Position numbers and translations under genes: made by a program. A stretch of 34,315 nt of DNA, taken from Malacoraja senta. Taxonomy: Eukaryota. Every line of letters starts with the position of its first letter. Position 1 is the stretch's first letter. Shown here piece after piece: positions 1-11,819 of the stretch. Under the pieces are notes generated by a model that saw only the letters and a list, made by a program, of their open reading frames with translations, did no database searches and was not told the DNA's origin. The DNA is taken from assembly GCA_038087875.1 (NCBI GenBank), contig CM075987.1:28460001-28494315 (forward strand). Reading direction: 5' to 3'.

Positions 1-880
1 GGCTGATAGGCAGGAGTTGATATGGGAGAGAGGGGGGTGGTGGGGGGACTTGGTGCTGAGATAGATCTGGGTGTCATCAGCATAGCAGTGGAAGTCCAGG
101 TTGAAGTGACGGAGTATATGACCAAGGGGGAGGATGTAGATGATGAAGAGGAGGGGACCAAGAACGGAGCCTTGGGGAACGCCTTGAGTGACAGTGGCTG
201 TGGCAGAGGTGTGGTTATGGAGAGAGATGAAGTGGGATCGGTTGGAAAGGTAAGAACGGAACCAGCTGAGTGCAGAACCTTCAATGCCAAGGTCCCTAAG
301 TCTGGTGAGCAGGATGTTGTGGTTGACGGTATCGAAGGCTGCACTCAGGTCGAGGAGGATGAGGATATTGAGGGAGCCAGAGTCAGCAGAGGTAAGGAGG
401 TCATTGAGGACTTTGAGGAGAGCAGTTTCTGTGCTATGGAGGGGGCGAAAGCCAGATTGGAGGGGTTCGAATAGGTTATACGCGAGGAGGTGGGAATGAA
501 GTTGTGACACGACGATGCGCTCCAGGGTTTTTGAAAGAAAGGGGAGGTTTGAGATGGGGCGGTAGTTAATGAGAGAGGAGGGATCAAGACCAGGTTTCTT
601 TAAGATTGGTGTGACAGCAGCAGTTTTGAAAGCAGAGGGGACAATTCCTTGGAACAATGAGGAGTTGAAAAGATTAGTGAGGTAGGGGCAGAGAGCAGGG
701 AGGCAGGACTTCAGCAGGGGAGTGGGGAGAGGGTCAAGGGAGCAGGTAGTGGGTTTGGAAGAGCTGATGAGTTTGGAAATTTCTGTAGGGGTGACTGGGT
801 CAAACTGGGAGAGGAAGCAGTGAGGGGGAGGGGTATGGAGATCAGCGGAGATGTTGAAAGGAGATGTTGAAAGATGTTGA
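1..880 (-). mobile_element. L2-clade LINE reverse transcriptase fragment (runs off window start)
   Basis: Minus-strand translation gives LDLSAAFDTVNHNILL...QGVPQGSVLGPLLFIIYILPLG...DFHCYADDTQIY, typical of L2 RT. The + ORF 22..474 is its antisense shadow. Confidence 0.85.
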
Positions 881-884
881 AAGA

Positions 885-2086
885 GGAACCAATGAGAGAA
901 CAGGCTATTCTAGACTGGGTATTGAGTAATGAGGAAAGGTTGGTTAGCAGTCTTGTTGTGCGTGGCCCTTGGGCAAGAGTGACCATAATATGGTTGAGTT
1001 CTTCATTAGGATGGAGAGTGACATTGTTAATTCAGAAACAAGGGTTCTGAACTTAAAGAAAGGTAACTTTGAAGGTATGAGACGTGAATTGGCCAAGATT
1101 GACTGGCAATTGATTCTTAAAGGGTTGACGGTGGATATGCAATGGAAGGCATTTAAAGACTGCATGGATGAACTACAACAATTGTTCATCCCAGTTTGGC
1201 AAAAAAAAAATCAGGGAAGGTAGTGCATCTGTGGATAACAAAGGAAATCAGGGATAGTATCAAAACGAAAGATGAAGCGTACAAATTAGCCAGAAAAAAG
1301 CAGCCTACCAGAGGACTGGGAGAAATTCAGAGTCCAGCAGAGGAGGACAAAGGGCTTAATTAGGAAAGGGAAAATAGATTATGAAAGAAAACTGGCAGGG
1401 AACATAAAAACTGACTGCAAACGTTTTTATAGATATATGAAGAGAAAGAGATTAGTTAAAACAAATGTAGGTCCCTTGCAGTCAGAAACAGGTGAATTGA
1501 TCATGGGAAACAAAGACATGGCAGACCAATTGAATAACTACTTTGGTTCTGTCTTCACTAAGGAAGACATAAATAATCTGCCGGAAATAGCAGGGGACCG
1601 TGGGTCAAATGAGATGGAGGAACTGAGTGAAATCCAGGTTAGCCGGGAAATGGTGTTAGGTAAATTGAATGGATTAAAGGCCGATAAATCCCCAGGGCCA
1701 GATAGGCTGCATCCCAGAGTACTTAAGGAAGTAGCCCCAGAAATAGTGGATGCATTAGTGATAATTTTTCAAAACTACTTAGATTCTGGAGTAGTTCCTG
1801 AGGATTGGAGGGTAGCTAATGTAACCCCACTTTTTAAAAAGGGAGGGAGAGAGAAAACGGGGAATTATAGACCAGTTAGTCTTACATCGGTAGTGGGGAA
1901 ACTGCTAGAGTCAGTTATTAAAGATGGGATAGCAGCACATTTGGAAAATGGTGAAATCTTTGGACAAAGTCAGCATGGATTTATGAAAGGTAAATCATGT
2001 CTGATGAATCTTATAGAATTTTTCGAGGATGTAACTAGTAGAGTGGATAAGGGAGAACCAGTGGATGTGTTATATCTGGACTTCAG
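885..2086 (+). mobile_element. CR1-clade LINE ORF2 fragment (end of APE endonuclease to RT N-terminal half), frameshifted and truncated at both ends
   Basis: EQAILDWVLSNE...GKSDHNMVEF; KSPGPDRLHPRVLKE; DWRVANVTPLFKKG...NYRPVSLTS...QHGFMKGKSCL...VDVLYLDF. Similarity stops abruptly at ~2086. Confidence 0.92.
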
Positions 2087-3361
2087 AGCTCCAGAGGATG
2101 ATCTTTGTTGAACTGTCAACAATGGGCATCAAATCTGGGGCTGCTGGGACCAATTTGTTGAGCCCATTTTTAGGAACCTAACAAAGGTACATACCACACA
2201 CAGTATTTTGTTCACGTATGCGCATACATATTCACAGGGCCTATGAGAGAATGGTGCAGGGGGTACATCGTACCCGAGCCCGGAGTCCAAAAGGGGGCCG
2301 GGAATTTCCTGAAATCTCAGAAAATGTTTGCATATATTTTGTGAAGACTAGCATTCACATTTTGTGTGAGCTGACATAGTTTTATATATTGTAATTCGTA
2401 AAAATTGTGATCCATAATAAAGCAGGGAATTTTAACTGGCAGGTGTGTGAGGGGGAAGGGGAAGACCCATCACTACTAACCCAAGCTCTACATTTGTTAT
2501 TGATCAGTTATATTTAACAGTTCACATCATAACTTTATAAAGATAAATCAATTGTAAAACAAAATGATCAGCAAGGTTAGCATTACCTTTATTCCTTGGA
2601 AACCTTGCTATTGTTTTGATGTAATGAGGAGGCAGCCATGATCCCAGAGTACTCGCTGCCTAGCGACCAGGAAACAAAGCGCACGATTGAGGTTGGAAGA
2701 TTGACCTGGATGATGACACGTTGGCCAGGCTTGCCTCAACGGAGCTGCCGGTCTAAAAGACATACGACAGAAGAAGAAGAAGAGGTTGGACGCCAATTGA
2801 CCAATGTCAAACGTGCTTTGATTGGACAATTACTACTCAGAAAATTGGAGATTTTTCTCATATTTTTAAAATATGTGCAGGTTTTGTTCTTGACGAGTTT
2901 CAGCTATGATTTATATAATATTTTTACTCAATGTTAAAAATTCAGGTAGTTCTGTGATTTGGGTCACAAACTTAAACGAAAAAGCACCTCAGATCACAGC
3001 CTATTTGAGGAAATGAGAGATACTTGAGGGTCACGAGGGGGATTTTGTGGGAATCATTGAAGATCTCTAAGCCCAATCTTGCTCCAAGTTCTCTGTGACC
3101 TTCCACACCTGGTGCTGGAGAAGCTGTTTAGGAACAACTTGATGGGATTTCTTCTAGCCCCGGATCTCTTCCAGATGGTGTGAAGGGGAAGGTTTGAAAC
3201 ATCTGCCGACTGATGTGGTCGGCAGCTGTTTGCGAGGAACTTTTCCACCGAAGACTTGCAAGAAAATGCCACTGGGGCACATGATGACTCACAGCCCGAC
3301 GAGTTTGACAAATTTCTCAAGCATCGTGGATTCTCCCGTGCAGCCCCAAGAGGTATTGGAC

Positions 3362-3618
3362 GTATACTTGTCCCATTGCACCCATAAACCTGTCCCATTA
3401 CACCTGTATACCTGTCCCATTACACCCGTATAACTGTCCCATTGCACCCATATACCTGTCCCATTGCACCCGTATACCTGTCCCATTGCACCCGTATACC
3501 TGTACCATTGCACTCGTATACCTGTCCCATTGCACCCGTATACCTGTCCCATTGCACCCGTATACCTGTCCCTTTGCACCCGTATACCTGTCCCGTTGCA
3601 CCCGTATACCTGTCCATT
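3362..3618. repeat. 22-bp minisatellite (gtatacctgtcccattgcaccc), about 11.7 copies
   Basis: Contiguous tandem units read directly, with single-base variants and no spacers. Confidence 0.97.
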
Positions 3619-3913
3619 TCCTCAAGCACACATTTCCTGATCACTCCAGAGGCACAGTGCGCAAAACCCAGAGACAGACCCCTCCCCCCCCCCCCCCCCA
3701 ATATCTATCCCCCTCACTGTCCCCACCCTGACCAACAGCCCCAGATACAGGCAGAAACTCACTACTAAATAAAGACACAAGTACATACCAGTGGTCCCTG
3801 TTAAACTCCTTCAAGTAGGCCCAGACCACAACTTTAGTGAATAAACCCTAACGAGGGGAAGGGGCAATGTAGTCTTTAAACTAAAGTGGCCTCAAGCTGA
3901 GACAGACGGAGCC

Positions 3914-4012
3914 CAATTAGAGAAAACAATTGTTAATCTTTCCCAAACCTTCATCCACACTGAAGCCCAAGAGAAGGTTCTAAACAGGGGCCTTACCTTT
4001 GTACCGACTCCA
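3914..4012 (+). mobile_element. Old Penelope-like element, N-terminal ORF remnant
   Basis: Translates QLEKTIVNLSQTFIHTEAQEKVLNRGLTFVPTP*, matching the 'VNLS...VL.KGL.F.PTP' motif that precedes the RT in PLE proteins. Confidence 0.7.
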
Positions 4013-4251
4013 TAACCATATTCACATCGACCAAGTTATATACAAAACAAACCAATGTCACGTTAGTGATTTGAAGTCTGCTGATATCCTCCTTCACACT
4101 GGACACCTAGAGAGGAAGAGATTCCAATTGAAATTAAATGTCATGAGAAACAGGATCAGCCATTGAAAGGATTGTAGTGAACCCTACAGGGTAGCAGAAT
4201 ACATTGACTACTGTAATTCACTGGCACAGCAACATGCCAGCTTTGTTGAAG

Positions 4252-4523
4252 GGCAGCACAGTGGCACAGCGGTAGAGTTGTTGCCTTACAGCACCAGAGA
4301 CACGGGTTCTGTACGGAGTTTGTACATTCTCCCAGTGACCAAGTGGGTTTTCTCAGAGATCTTCACTTTCCGCCCACAAAGACGTGCAGGTTTGTAAGTT
4401 AATTGACTTGGTATAAATGTAACATTGTTCCCAGTGTGTGTAGGATAGTGTTAATGTGCGGGGATCGCTGGTCGGTGCAGACTCGGTGGGCCAAAGGGCC
4501 TGTTTCCGCGCTGTGTCTCTAAA
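4252..4523 (+). mobile_element. tRNA-derived SINE of the HE1/V-SINE type
   Basis: tRNA-like head with A box (gtggcacagcggtagag) and truncated B box (gggttc), V-SINE-like core (tgtacggagtttgtacattctccc...gtgggttttctc), and CR1/HER1-like tail (gtgggccaaagggcctgtttccgcgctgt). Confidence 0.85.
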
Positions 4524-4849
4524 TGTGAAACGTACCATGTCACATGAAGTGTTCTCCCCGACACTCCCCCTGATACTGTGCCCTTTACCATGGACATTGA
4601 AACCCTGCGCACAAACAGAAACAGATAGGAGCATGCAGGCAGTTCAAATATCTGGAGAAGCACACCATGACAAACCAGATACAACTTTAACTGACAAAGA
4701 AATACTTTGAATTAAATGAGACGTACAAGTAAAGGAACAGTAGTGAAGTTTGGCCCAGTTCATGCAACATTTGGCAGAATGGGGAAGACAGTCTAACCCT
4801 GGCAGACTCTTCCTGCATCAGAGGACCCAGTCTTTGGAGATCCTGGGTG

Positions 4850-5585
4850 GAAACTAACACTAATTGGTCACCCCTTTAGAAAGGAGCAGAGAGGAGAGGA
4901 AATGGATTCAGGCAACAGACACAAACGTACTAAACCAAATATAGATTTAGACCAATTCCAACAAAGCTACAGTTGGGTGAATGGAAGGGGCAAGATTACT
5001 TAATTGTAATGAGTTAAACACAAGTGTCATCAACATTAAACTACTTTTCCTGCAACAGGAGGTAACTAGGATTACTTTAACCAAGGAATGTAACCTGGTC
5101 TAAAACAAAGTGCTGGAGCTACTCAGTGGGTCAGGCACCATCTGCCTGCCTGCAAAGGGAATGGACAGATGTTTCAGGTTGGGATCCTTCTTCAGACTGA
5201 TGGAGTAGGGCAGAGAAAGTGGAAGTGAAACTAACACTAATTGGTCACCTTCACAAAAGAGCAGAGAGGAGAGGAAATGGATTCTGGCAACAAACACACT
5301 CAAACCAAATGTAGATTTAGACAAATTCCAAAACTATAGTAGGGTGAATGGCAGGATTGATAATTTGTAATGAGACTTCAAGTGTCATCAACATTAAACT
5401 ACTTTCCCTGCAACAGCAGCCAACTAGGATTACTTTAACCAGGGGATGTAACCTGGTCCAAAACAAAGTGCTGGAGGTACTTGGCAGATCAGGCACCATC
5501 TACCCGACCACAAAAGGAATGGACAGATGCTGTCGTTTCCTGTTGGGACCCTTTCAGACTGATGGAGTCGGGCAGAGAAAGTAGG
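4850..5585. repeat. Diverged tandem duplication, two units of ~360-377 bp (4850-5226 and 5227-5585)
   Basis: Both units start gaaactaacactaattggtcacc, share caagtgtcatcaacattaaactacttt and end in a reversed PLE tail (...ttcagactgatggagt.gggcagagaaagt). Confidence 0.92.
5101..5220 (-). mobile_element. PLE 3' terminal repeat fragment with hammerhead-like core
   Basis: Reverse complement reads tcagtCTGAAGAaggatcccaacctGAAACATC...ctgacccactgagtagctccagcactttg, similar to the tails of the PLE copies at 16.9, 19.0, 26.6 and 32.7 kb. Confidence 0.75.
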
Positions 5586-5750
5586 AAAGAGGTGGGAGCA
5601 GGACAAGGCCTGTTACGTGATTAGTGGATACAGGGGAGAGGGTGATGGGTTGTGACATTGGCTAGGGGTGACAAGGAGACAAAAGGTGCAACAGATGAGA
5701 AGAGTGAAACGTAAAGCTGGAGGGAGGGATACGGGTGGAAGGGGATAGAG
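5460..5750 (-). mobile_element. PLE-derived 3' UTR/tail fragment (degenerate)
   Basis: Same tail motif as 5101-5220 followed by a purine-rich stretch that is an inverted homolog of 7290-7568. Confidence 0.6.
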
Positions 5751-5964
5751 TGAAATATGAGACCGTTTGGGAGGTGAGCATACACAGGGAAGGAGCAGAG
5801 TGACCAAGGTGTTGAGGGAAGTGTTCACACCAGGGTGGGGGTGCAGGGAAAGAGGGGGTTCCCATCACCAGGGTGGGGGGGGGGGGGGGGTGCAGGGAAA
5901 GAAAGGGTTCCCATCACCAGTATGCTGATTTCCCACCTCCTTTCCCTTTTATCCTGGGATAGCC

Positions 5965-7289
5965 TCTACTTCCTGAGACGATTACCGAGAGTCGGTTTGT
6001 CAAGGAGGACTTCTCTCTAACTTCTACAGGTGCACAGTAGAGCATGCTGACCGGTTGCATCAAAGGGTCAACAGCGTGAAGTTCCTAGGACTCCACCTGT
6101 CAGATGACCTGACGTCCACGACCAACACCACAGCACTGGTCAAGAGAGCCCAGCGGCGACTACACCCTCTCCGAAGACTACGTAAAGCAGGTCTCCCCAC
6201 TACACACCTACGAACTTTTTATAGGGGGACAATCGAGAGCACATTAACCTACGGCATCACTTCCTGGTTCGGGAGCTGCAAGGCGTACGAACGGCACCAA
6301 CTAGACAGGATTGTGAAGACCGCCAGCAGGATTATTGGTGCTCCACTCCCTTTCCTGCTGGACATATACAGGAAGAGGTGTATCAGCAGAGCCATCTCCA
6401 TCATCAAAGACCCCTACCACCCATCGAATCACATATTCTCCATCCTGCCATCTGGGAAGAGGTACCGGAGCATTAGGTGCAAAACCAGCAGGATGCTCCT
6501 CAGCTTCTTCCCGCAGGTTATAAGACTGATAAATGGACTTTGTCCCCTGCCAAAGTATCATGCACCAACCACCAACCTGGACACACTGCAGCAGAGCCAC
6601 TGTCGTGCCGCTGCCGATCGGAACGCCTGTTGATGTTTAGTAGAGTAGAGTGTTAATTTGTTCATGATATATGTATTTTTACTTCTATTTATTTTTTACT
6701 GCACACTGAAATGGACACTGGTTGAGGAACGTTATTTTGTTTCCTCTGGGTATGCGAATACTCAGGAAATGACAATAAAGATATACAATACATCGTGGCT
6801 TGGTTCGGCAACTTGAGCGCCCTGGAGAGCAAAAAACTACAAAAGGCAGTAAACACTGCCCAGTCCATCATCGGCTCTGACCTTCCTTCCATCGAGGGGA
6901 TTTATCGCAGTCGCTGCCTCAAAAAGGCTAGCAGTATCATCAAAGACCCACACCATCCTGGCCACACACTCATCTCCCTGCTACCTTCAGGTAGAAGGTA
7001 CAGGAGCCTGAAGACTGCAACAACCAAGTTCAGGAATAGCTACTTCCCCACAGCCATCAGGCTATTAAACTTGGCTCGGACAAAACTCTGAACATTAATA
7101 GCCCATTATATGATATTTGCACTTTATCAGTTTATTTATTCATGTGTGTATATATTTATATAATGGTATATGGACACACTGATCTGTTTTGTAGTCAATG
7201 CCTACTATGTTCTGTTGTGCTGAAGCAAAGCAAGAATTTCATTGTCCTATCAGGGACACATGACAATAAACTCTCTTGAACTTGAACTA
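5965..7289 (+). mobile_element. Rex1/Babar LINE 3' fragment (outer copy; 5965-6061 plus 6795-7289)
   Basis: YFLRRLPRVGLSRR..NFYRCTVE.MLTGCI continues after an insertion as VAWFGNLSALESKKLQKAVNTAQSIIG...HPGHTLISLLPSGRRYRS...FRNSYFP. The 3' end is tgacaataaa plus a (cttgaa)n tail. Confidence 0.88.
6062..6790 (+). mobile_element. Rex1/Babar LINE 3' fragment nested in another Rex1/Babar copy
   Basis: VNSVKFLGLHLSDDL...VKRAQRRLHPLRRLRK...FYRGTIESTLTYGITSWFG...LPSGKRYRS; ends tgacaataaag-(ataca)n; catc on both sides (6058-6061, 6791-6794). Confidence 0.9.
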
Positions 7290-7568
7290 TCCCCTCCCAT
7301 GTCCCATTCACCCATAAACCTCCCTCTGGCTTCATCTTCCACACCTCTACCCTTCTTATCCAACATGTTTTTATCAATTTCACCTCTGGCCTTTGTTACT
7401 TATTCCATCCATCTGCCAACCACCCACCCCCACATGCCAGGCTTTGTCCCACCCCCGCTTTCCATCTTTCTCCCCCTACTCCAGTCTGTAGGTTTCCAAC
7501 CCAAAATGCCATCTGTCTATTTCCCCCACAGATGCTGCCTGACCCTCAGATTTCCTCCAGCACTTCTG
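7290..7568 (+). mobile_element. PLE-derived 3' UTR/tail fragment (degenerate hammerhead region)
   Basis: Pyrimidine-rich stretch ending ccagtctgtaggtttccaacccaaaatg...cagatgctgcctgaccc...ctccagcac, as in the PLE tails. Confidence 0.65.
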
Positions 7569-7611
7569 ATCAACATTCCAGCACCCTGAAATACAAGGAA
7601 CGTGACCACAA

Positions 7612-8170
7612 AGCAATTAGGAAAGGACATTGTTAATCTTTCTCAAAGATTTATCCCCAATGAAACCACGAGAGGGTCTAAACAAGGGCCTTATCTTCAT
7701 ACCATCTCCACAAAGACTAGATTAGATAGACTTGGTTATAGCAACAAAAAAACATCACTTTAATGATTGAAATCTCCTGACATCCTTGATCCTCTATCAC
7801 AAGCAGTACTTGGAACAACAAGTTGACATAGCCCATCTATCACAAACCATAGAAAACTGGGGACATTAGAAGATCTCCAAAGACCTTGGCACATCAACCA
7901 GAAACAAGTAGAATAACTGTAGAGGGAGAAACAGAAACAGGAGAGAAGATTCTACATTCACCTCAAAATATCAAACACTGGGTGGACAGGGCCTGGAAAT
8001 ATAATTCTAGGCCCAATGTTTCAAGGTCAGTTTATGGTCACATGTACCAATTAAGGTTCAGTGTAATTACAATGTGTCTGTAGTAGTGAATCCTACAGGG
8101 TAGAAGATTAATTGACTATTTTCATAATCAAACTGGCACAGCAACATGCCAGCTATATCAAAGACAACAC
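7612..8170 (+). mobile_element. Second, diverged copy of the old PLE N-terminal remnant seen at 3900-4260
   Basis: IVNLSQRFIPNE..LNKGLIFIPSP (frameshifted); shares tagtgaa.cctacagggtag and actggcacagcaacatgccagct with 4175-4242. Confidence 0.7.
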
Positions 8171-8229
8171 TTCACACAAACAGTGAACTCTGAGTTGCCC
8201 GCCAAAGCTGTACTCTTTACTATGGGCAT

Positions 8230-8370
8230 CCTGCCTGACCTGCTGAGTTACACCAGCACTCTGTGAAACGTCACCTATCCATGTTCTCCACAGATGCTGC
8301 CTGACCCGCTGAGTTACTCCAGCAAATTGTGCCTTTTTTTTGTTGTAAACCAGCACCTGCGGTTCCTTGA
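8230..8370 (+). mobile_element. PLE tail fragment with partial tandem repetition
   Basis: ctgcctgacc(t/c)gctgagttac(a/t)ccagca occurs twice, flanking gaaacgtcacctatcc. Confidence 0.75.
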
Positions 8371-8585
8371 TTTTCATCCCAAATCTTCCCTGGTTTCAGG
8401 GTTTTTACTAAATTTGGCATCTGTGCAATGGGTGCATTACGGGGAAAGGTAAAGGGTCACAGAGCAATAAAGAACCATTTTGCACGAGAGAGCACAATAT
8501 CTAATTTGTAGACAGCGCTCCCAATGTGCAGTGAATTCACAGAACAGGTCGCTCCAATTTGTGGTCAACACTCCCACCGTGTGGT

Positions 8586-9148
8586 TTACGAAAGAATTGC
8601 AGATGCTGGAAAAATCAAAGGTAGACAAAAATGTAACTCAGCGGGTGAGGCAGCATCTATGGAGAGAAGGAATAGGTGACGTTTCTTCAGACTGAAGTTG
8701 AGGTGGGCGGGATAAAGGAAGGAGAAAGGCAGAGACAGTAGGCTGTGGGAGAGCTGGGAAGGGGCAGGAGGGAGAAACCACTGAAATTGGAGAATGGGAA
8801 GATAAGGCCAATGGTGTGATCCCGTTGGAGGTGACGAAAATGTTGGAGGATTATCTGTTGTATGTGACGGATGGTAGAGTGGAAGGTGAGGACATGGGGG
8901 ACTCTGCCCTTGTTATGAGTAGGGGGATGGGGAGTAAGAGCGGAGCTGCGGGATATAGAAGAGACCCTGATAAGAGCCTCATCTATAGTAGAAGAGGGGA
9001 ACCCCCATTCCCGAAAGAATGAGGACATCTCCGATTCCCTGGTTTGGAACACTTCATCCTGGGCGCAGATGTGGCCAGTGTGGTCCAGATAGCAATGGGC
9101 GTCAGTGGGTTTGTAGTAGATGTCGGTCAGCAGTCTGTTACCTGTGAT
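8586..9148 (-). mobile_element. Internally deleted Penelope-like element (post-RT region plus tail)
   Basis: RLLTDIYYKPTDAHCYLD...ICAQDEVF...FFREWGFP...GRVPHVLTFH...LQRD in ORF 8687..9220(-); tail at 8586-8695 with hammerhead stem II deleted (ctgaagaaacgtc). Confidence 0.88.
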
Positions 9149-11497
9149 AGACAATAGACAATAGACGCCAGAGTAGGCCATTCGGCTCTTCGAGCCAGCA
9201 CCGCCATTCAATTTGATCATGGCTGATCATCCCCAATCTGGACCCCGTTCCTGCCTTCTCCCCATATCTCCTAACTCTGCTATTTTTAAGAGCCCTATCT
9301 AGCTCTCTCTTGAAAGCTGCCAGAGAACCGGCCTCCACCGCCCTCTGAGGCGGAGAATTCCACAGACTCACAACTCTCTGTGAGAAAAAGTGTTTCCTCA
9401 TCTCCGATATGGCTTACCCCTTATTCTTAAACTGTGGCCCCTGGTTCTGGACTCCCCCGACATCGGGAACATGTTTCCTGCCTCTAGCGTGTCCAAACAC
9501 CTTAACAATCTTATATGTTTCAATAAGATCCCCTCTCATCCTTCTAAACTCCAGAGTGTACAAGCCCAGCCACTCCATTCTCTCATCATATAACAGTCCC
9601 GCCATCTCTGGAATTAAACTTGTGAACCTACGCTGCACTCACTCAATAGCATGAATGTCCTTCCTCAAATGAGGGGACCAAAACGGCACACAATACTCCA
9701 GATGTGGTCTCACTTGGGCCCTGTACAACTGCTGAATGACCTCTTTGCTCCTATATTCAATTCCTCTTGTTATAAAGGCCAACATGCCATTCGCTTTCTT
9801 CACTGCCTGCTGTACCTGCATGCTTACTTTCATAGACTGATGTACAAGGACCCCCAGTTCCCGTTGTACTTCCCCTTTTCCCAACGACGCCATTTAGATA
9901 ATAATCTGCCTTTCTATTTTTGATACCAAAGTGGATAACCTCACATTTATCCGCATTATACTTCATCTGCCATGCATCTGCCCACTCCCCCAACCTGTCC
10001 AAGTCACCCTGCATTCTCATAACATCCTCCTCACAGTTCACACTGCCACCCAGCTTTGTGTCATCTGCAAATTTGCTAATGTTACTTTGAATCCCTTCAT
10101 CGAAATGATTGATGTATATTGTAAATAGCTGTGGTCCCAGCACCGAGCCTTGTGGTACCCCACTAGTCACTGCCTGCCATTCTGAAAGGGACCCGTTAAT
10201 CCCTACTCTTTGTTTCCTGTCTGCCAACCACTTCTCTATCCATGTCACCACTCTACACCCAATACCATGTGCCCTAATTGTGTCCATTAATCTCCTATGT
10301 GGGACCTTATCAAATGCTTTGTGAAAGTCCAGGTACACTACATCCACTGGCTCTCCCTTGTCCATTTTCCTAGTTACATCTTCAAAAAATTCCAGAATAT
10401 TAGTCAAGCATGATTTCCCCTTCGTAAATCCATGCTGACTCGGACCGATCCTGTTACTGCTATCCAAATGTTCGGCTATCTCTTCTTTTATAATGGACTC
10501 CAGCATCTTCCCCACCACCGATGTCAGGCTAACTGGTCCATAATTCCCCGTTTTCTCTCTCCCGCCTTTTTTTAAAAGTGGGATAACATTAGCTATCCTC
10601 CAATCCACAGGAACTGATCCTGAGTCTGTAGAATATTGGAAAATTATCACCAATGCATCCACGATTTCTAGAGCCACTTCCTGGGATGCAGACCATCGGG
10701 CCCTGGGGATTTATCAGCCTTCAGTCCCATCAGTCTATCCAACACCATTTCCTGCCTAATGTGGATTTCCTTCAGTTCCTCTGTCACCCCAGATCCTCTG
10801 GCCACTACTATATCAGGAAGATTGTGTGTGTCCTCCTTAGTGAAGATGGATCCAAAGTACCTGTTCAACTCATCTGCCATTTCCTTGTTCCCCATAATAA
10901 ATTCACCTTTTTCAGTCTTCAAGGGTCTAACTTTGGTCTTCACTAATTTTTTCCTCTTCACATACCTAAAGAAGCTTTTACTATCCTGCTTTATATTCTT
11001 GGCTAGCTTACCTTCGTACCTCATCTTTTCTCCCCGTATTGTCTTTTTGGTTATCTTCTGTTGTTCTTTAAACATTACCCAATCCTCTTGCTTCCCGCTC
11101 ATCTTTGCTACGTTGTACTTCTTCTCTTTTATTTTTATACTGTCCCTGACGTCCCTTGTCAGCCATGGTCGTCCCTTTCTCCCCTTGGAAACTTTCTTCC
11201 TCCTAGGAATGAACTGATCCTGCACCTTCTGTATTATTCCTAGAAATACCTGCCATTTTTGTTCCACTGCCATCCCTGCTAGTGTATCTTTCCAGTCAAC
11301 TTTGGCCTGCTCCTCCCTCATGGCCCCATAGTCCCCTTTATTCAATTGCAACACTGCCACCTCCGATCTACTCTTCTTCCTCTCCAATTGTAGATTAAAC
11401 CTGACCATGTTATGGTCACTGCCTCCTAATCGCTCATTAACCTCGAGGTCCTTTATCAAATCTGGTTCATTACATAACACTAAATCCAGAATTGCCC
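9149..11497 (-). mobile_element. CR1-clade LINE, 5'-truncated, with complete 3' end; ORF2 frameshifted
   Basis: AILDLVLCNE...GGSDHNMV; RT with GVPQGSVLGP and ISKFADDTKLGG; C-terminal VRPHLEYC and FFSQRVVSLWNS; 3' hairpin region and (ctattgt)n tail at ~9147-9166. Confidence 0.95.
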
Positions 11498-11670
11498 CAC
11501 TGCAAATGGTTGTTGGTGGTGGTAACTGCTTTGAAATGCTGCACTGCAAATGGTTGTTGGTGGTGGTAACTGCTTTGAAATGCTGCACTGCAAATGGTTG
11601 TTGGTGGTGGTAACTGCTTTGAAATGCTGCACTGCAAATGGTTGTTGGTGGTGGTAACTGCTTTGAAATG
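11498..11670. repeat. 44-bp tandem repeat, ~3.9 identical copies
   Basis: Unit cactgcaaatggttgttggtggtggtaactgctttgaaatgctg starts at 11498, 11542, 11586 and 11630. Confidence 0.97.
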
Positions 11671-11819
11671 AAGTGGTAGGTAACTGCACTTGAATTCGGT
11701 GGCCTTGCACCCTGCTTGAAGTGGTAAGAAACTGCACTTGAATTTGATGGCCTTGCACCCTGCTTGAAATGGCATGAAACTGCATTTGAATTTGGTGGCC
11801 TTGCACCCTGCTTGAAATG
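11671..11819. repeat. 48-bp tandem repeat, 3 diverged copies
   Basis: Unit aagtggtaggtaactgcacttgaattcggtggccttgcaccctgcttg repeated with substitutions. Confidence 0.95.

Noticed and set aside
22..474. Plus-strand 150-aa ORF and similar antisense ORFs (23214..23870, 31247..31903, 32847..33488)
   Set aside because: They are antisense shadows of RT or GIY-YIG coding strands.
2234..2312. GC-rich patch resembling a DNA transposon terminus
   Set aside because: I found no matching inverted partner or target duplication in the window.
3362..3618. CRISPR-like array, or the Cys/Tyr-rich repetitive ORFs over it
   Set aside because: Units are contiguous with no spacers, the context is eukaryotic, and the ORFs arise from a stop-poor 22-mer read in several frames.
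4252..4310. tRNA gene
   Set aside because: It is the tRNA-derived head of a SINE; the B box/T arm is truncated and SINE core follows.
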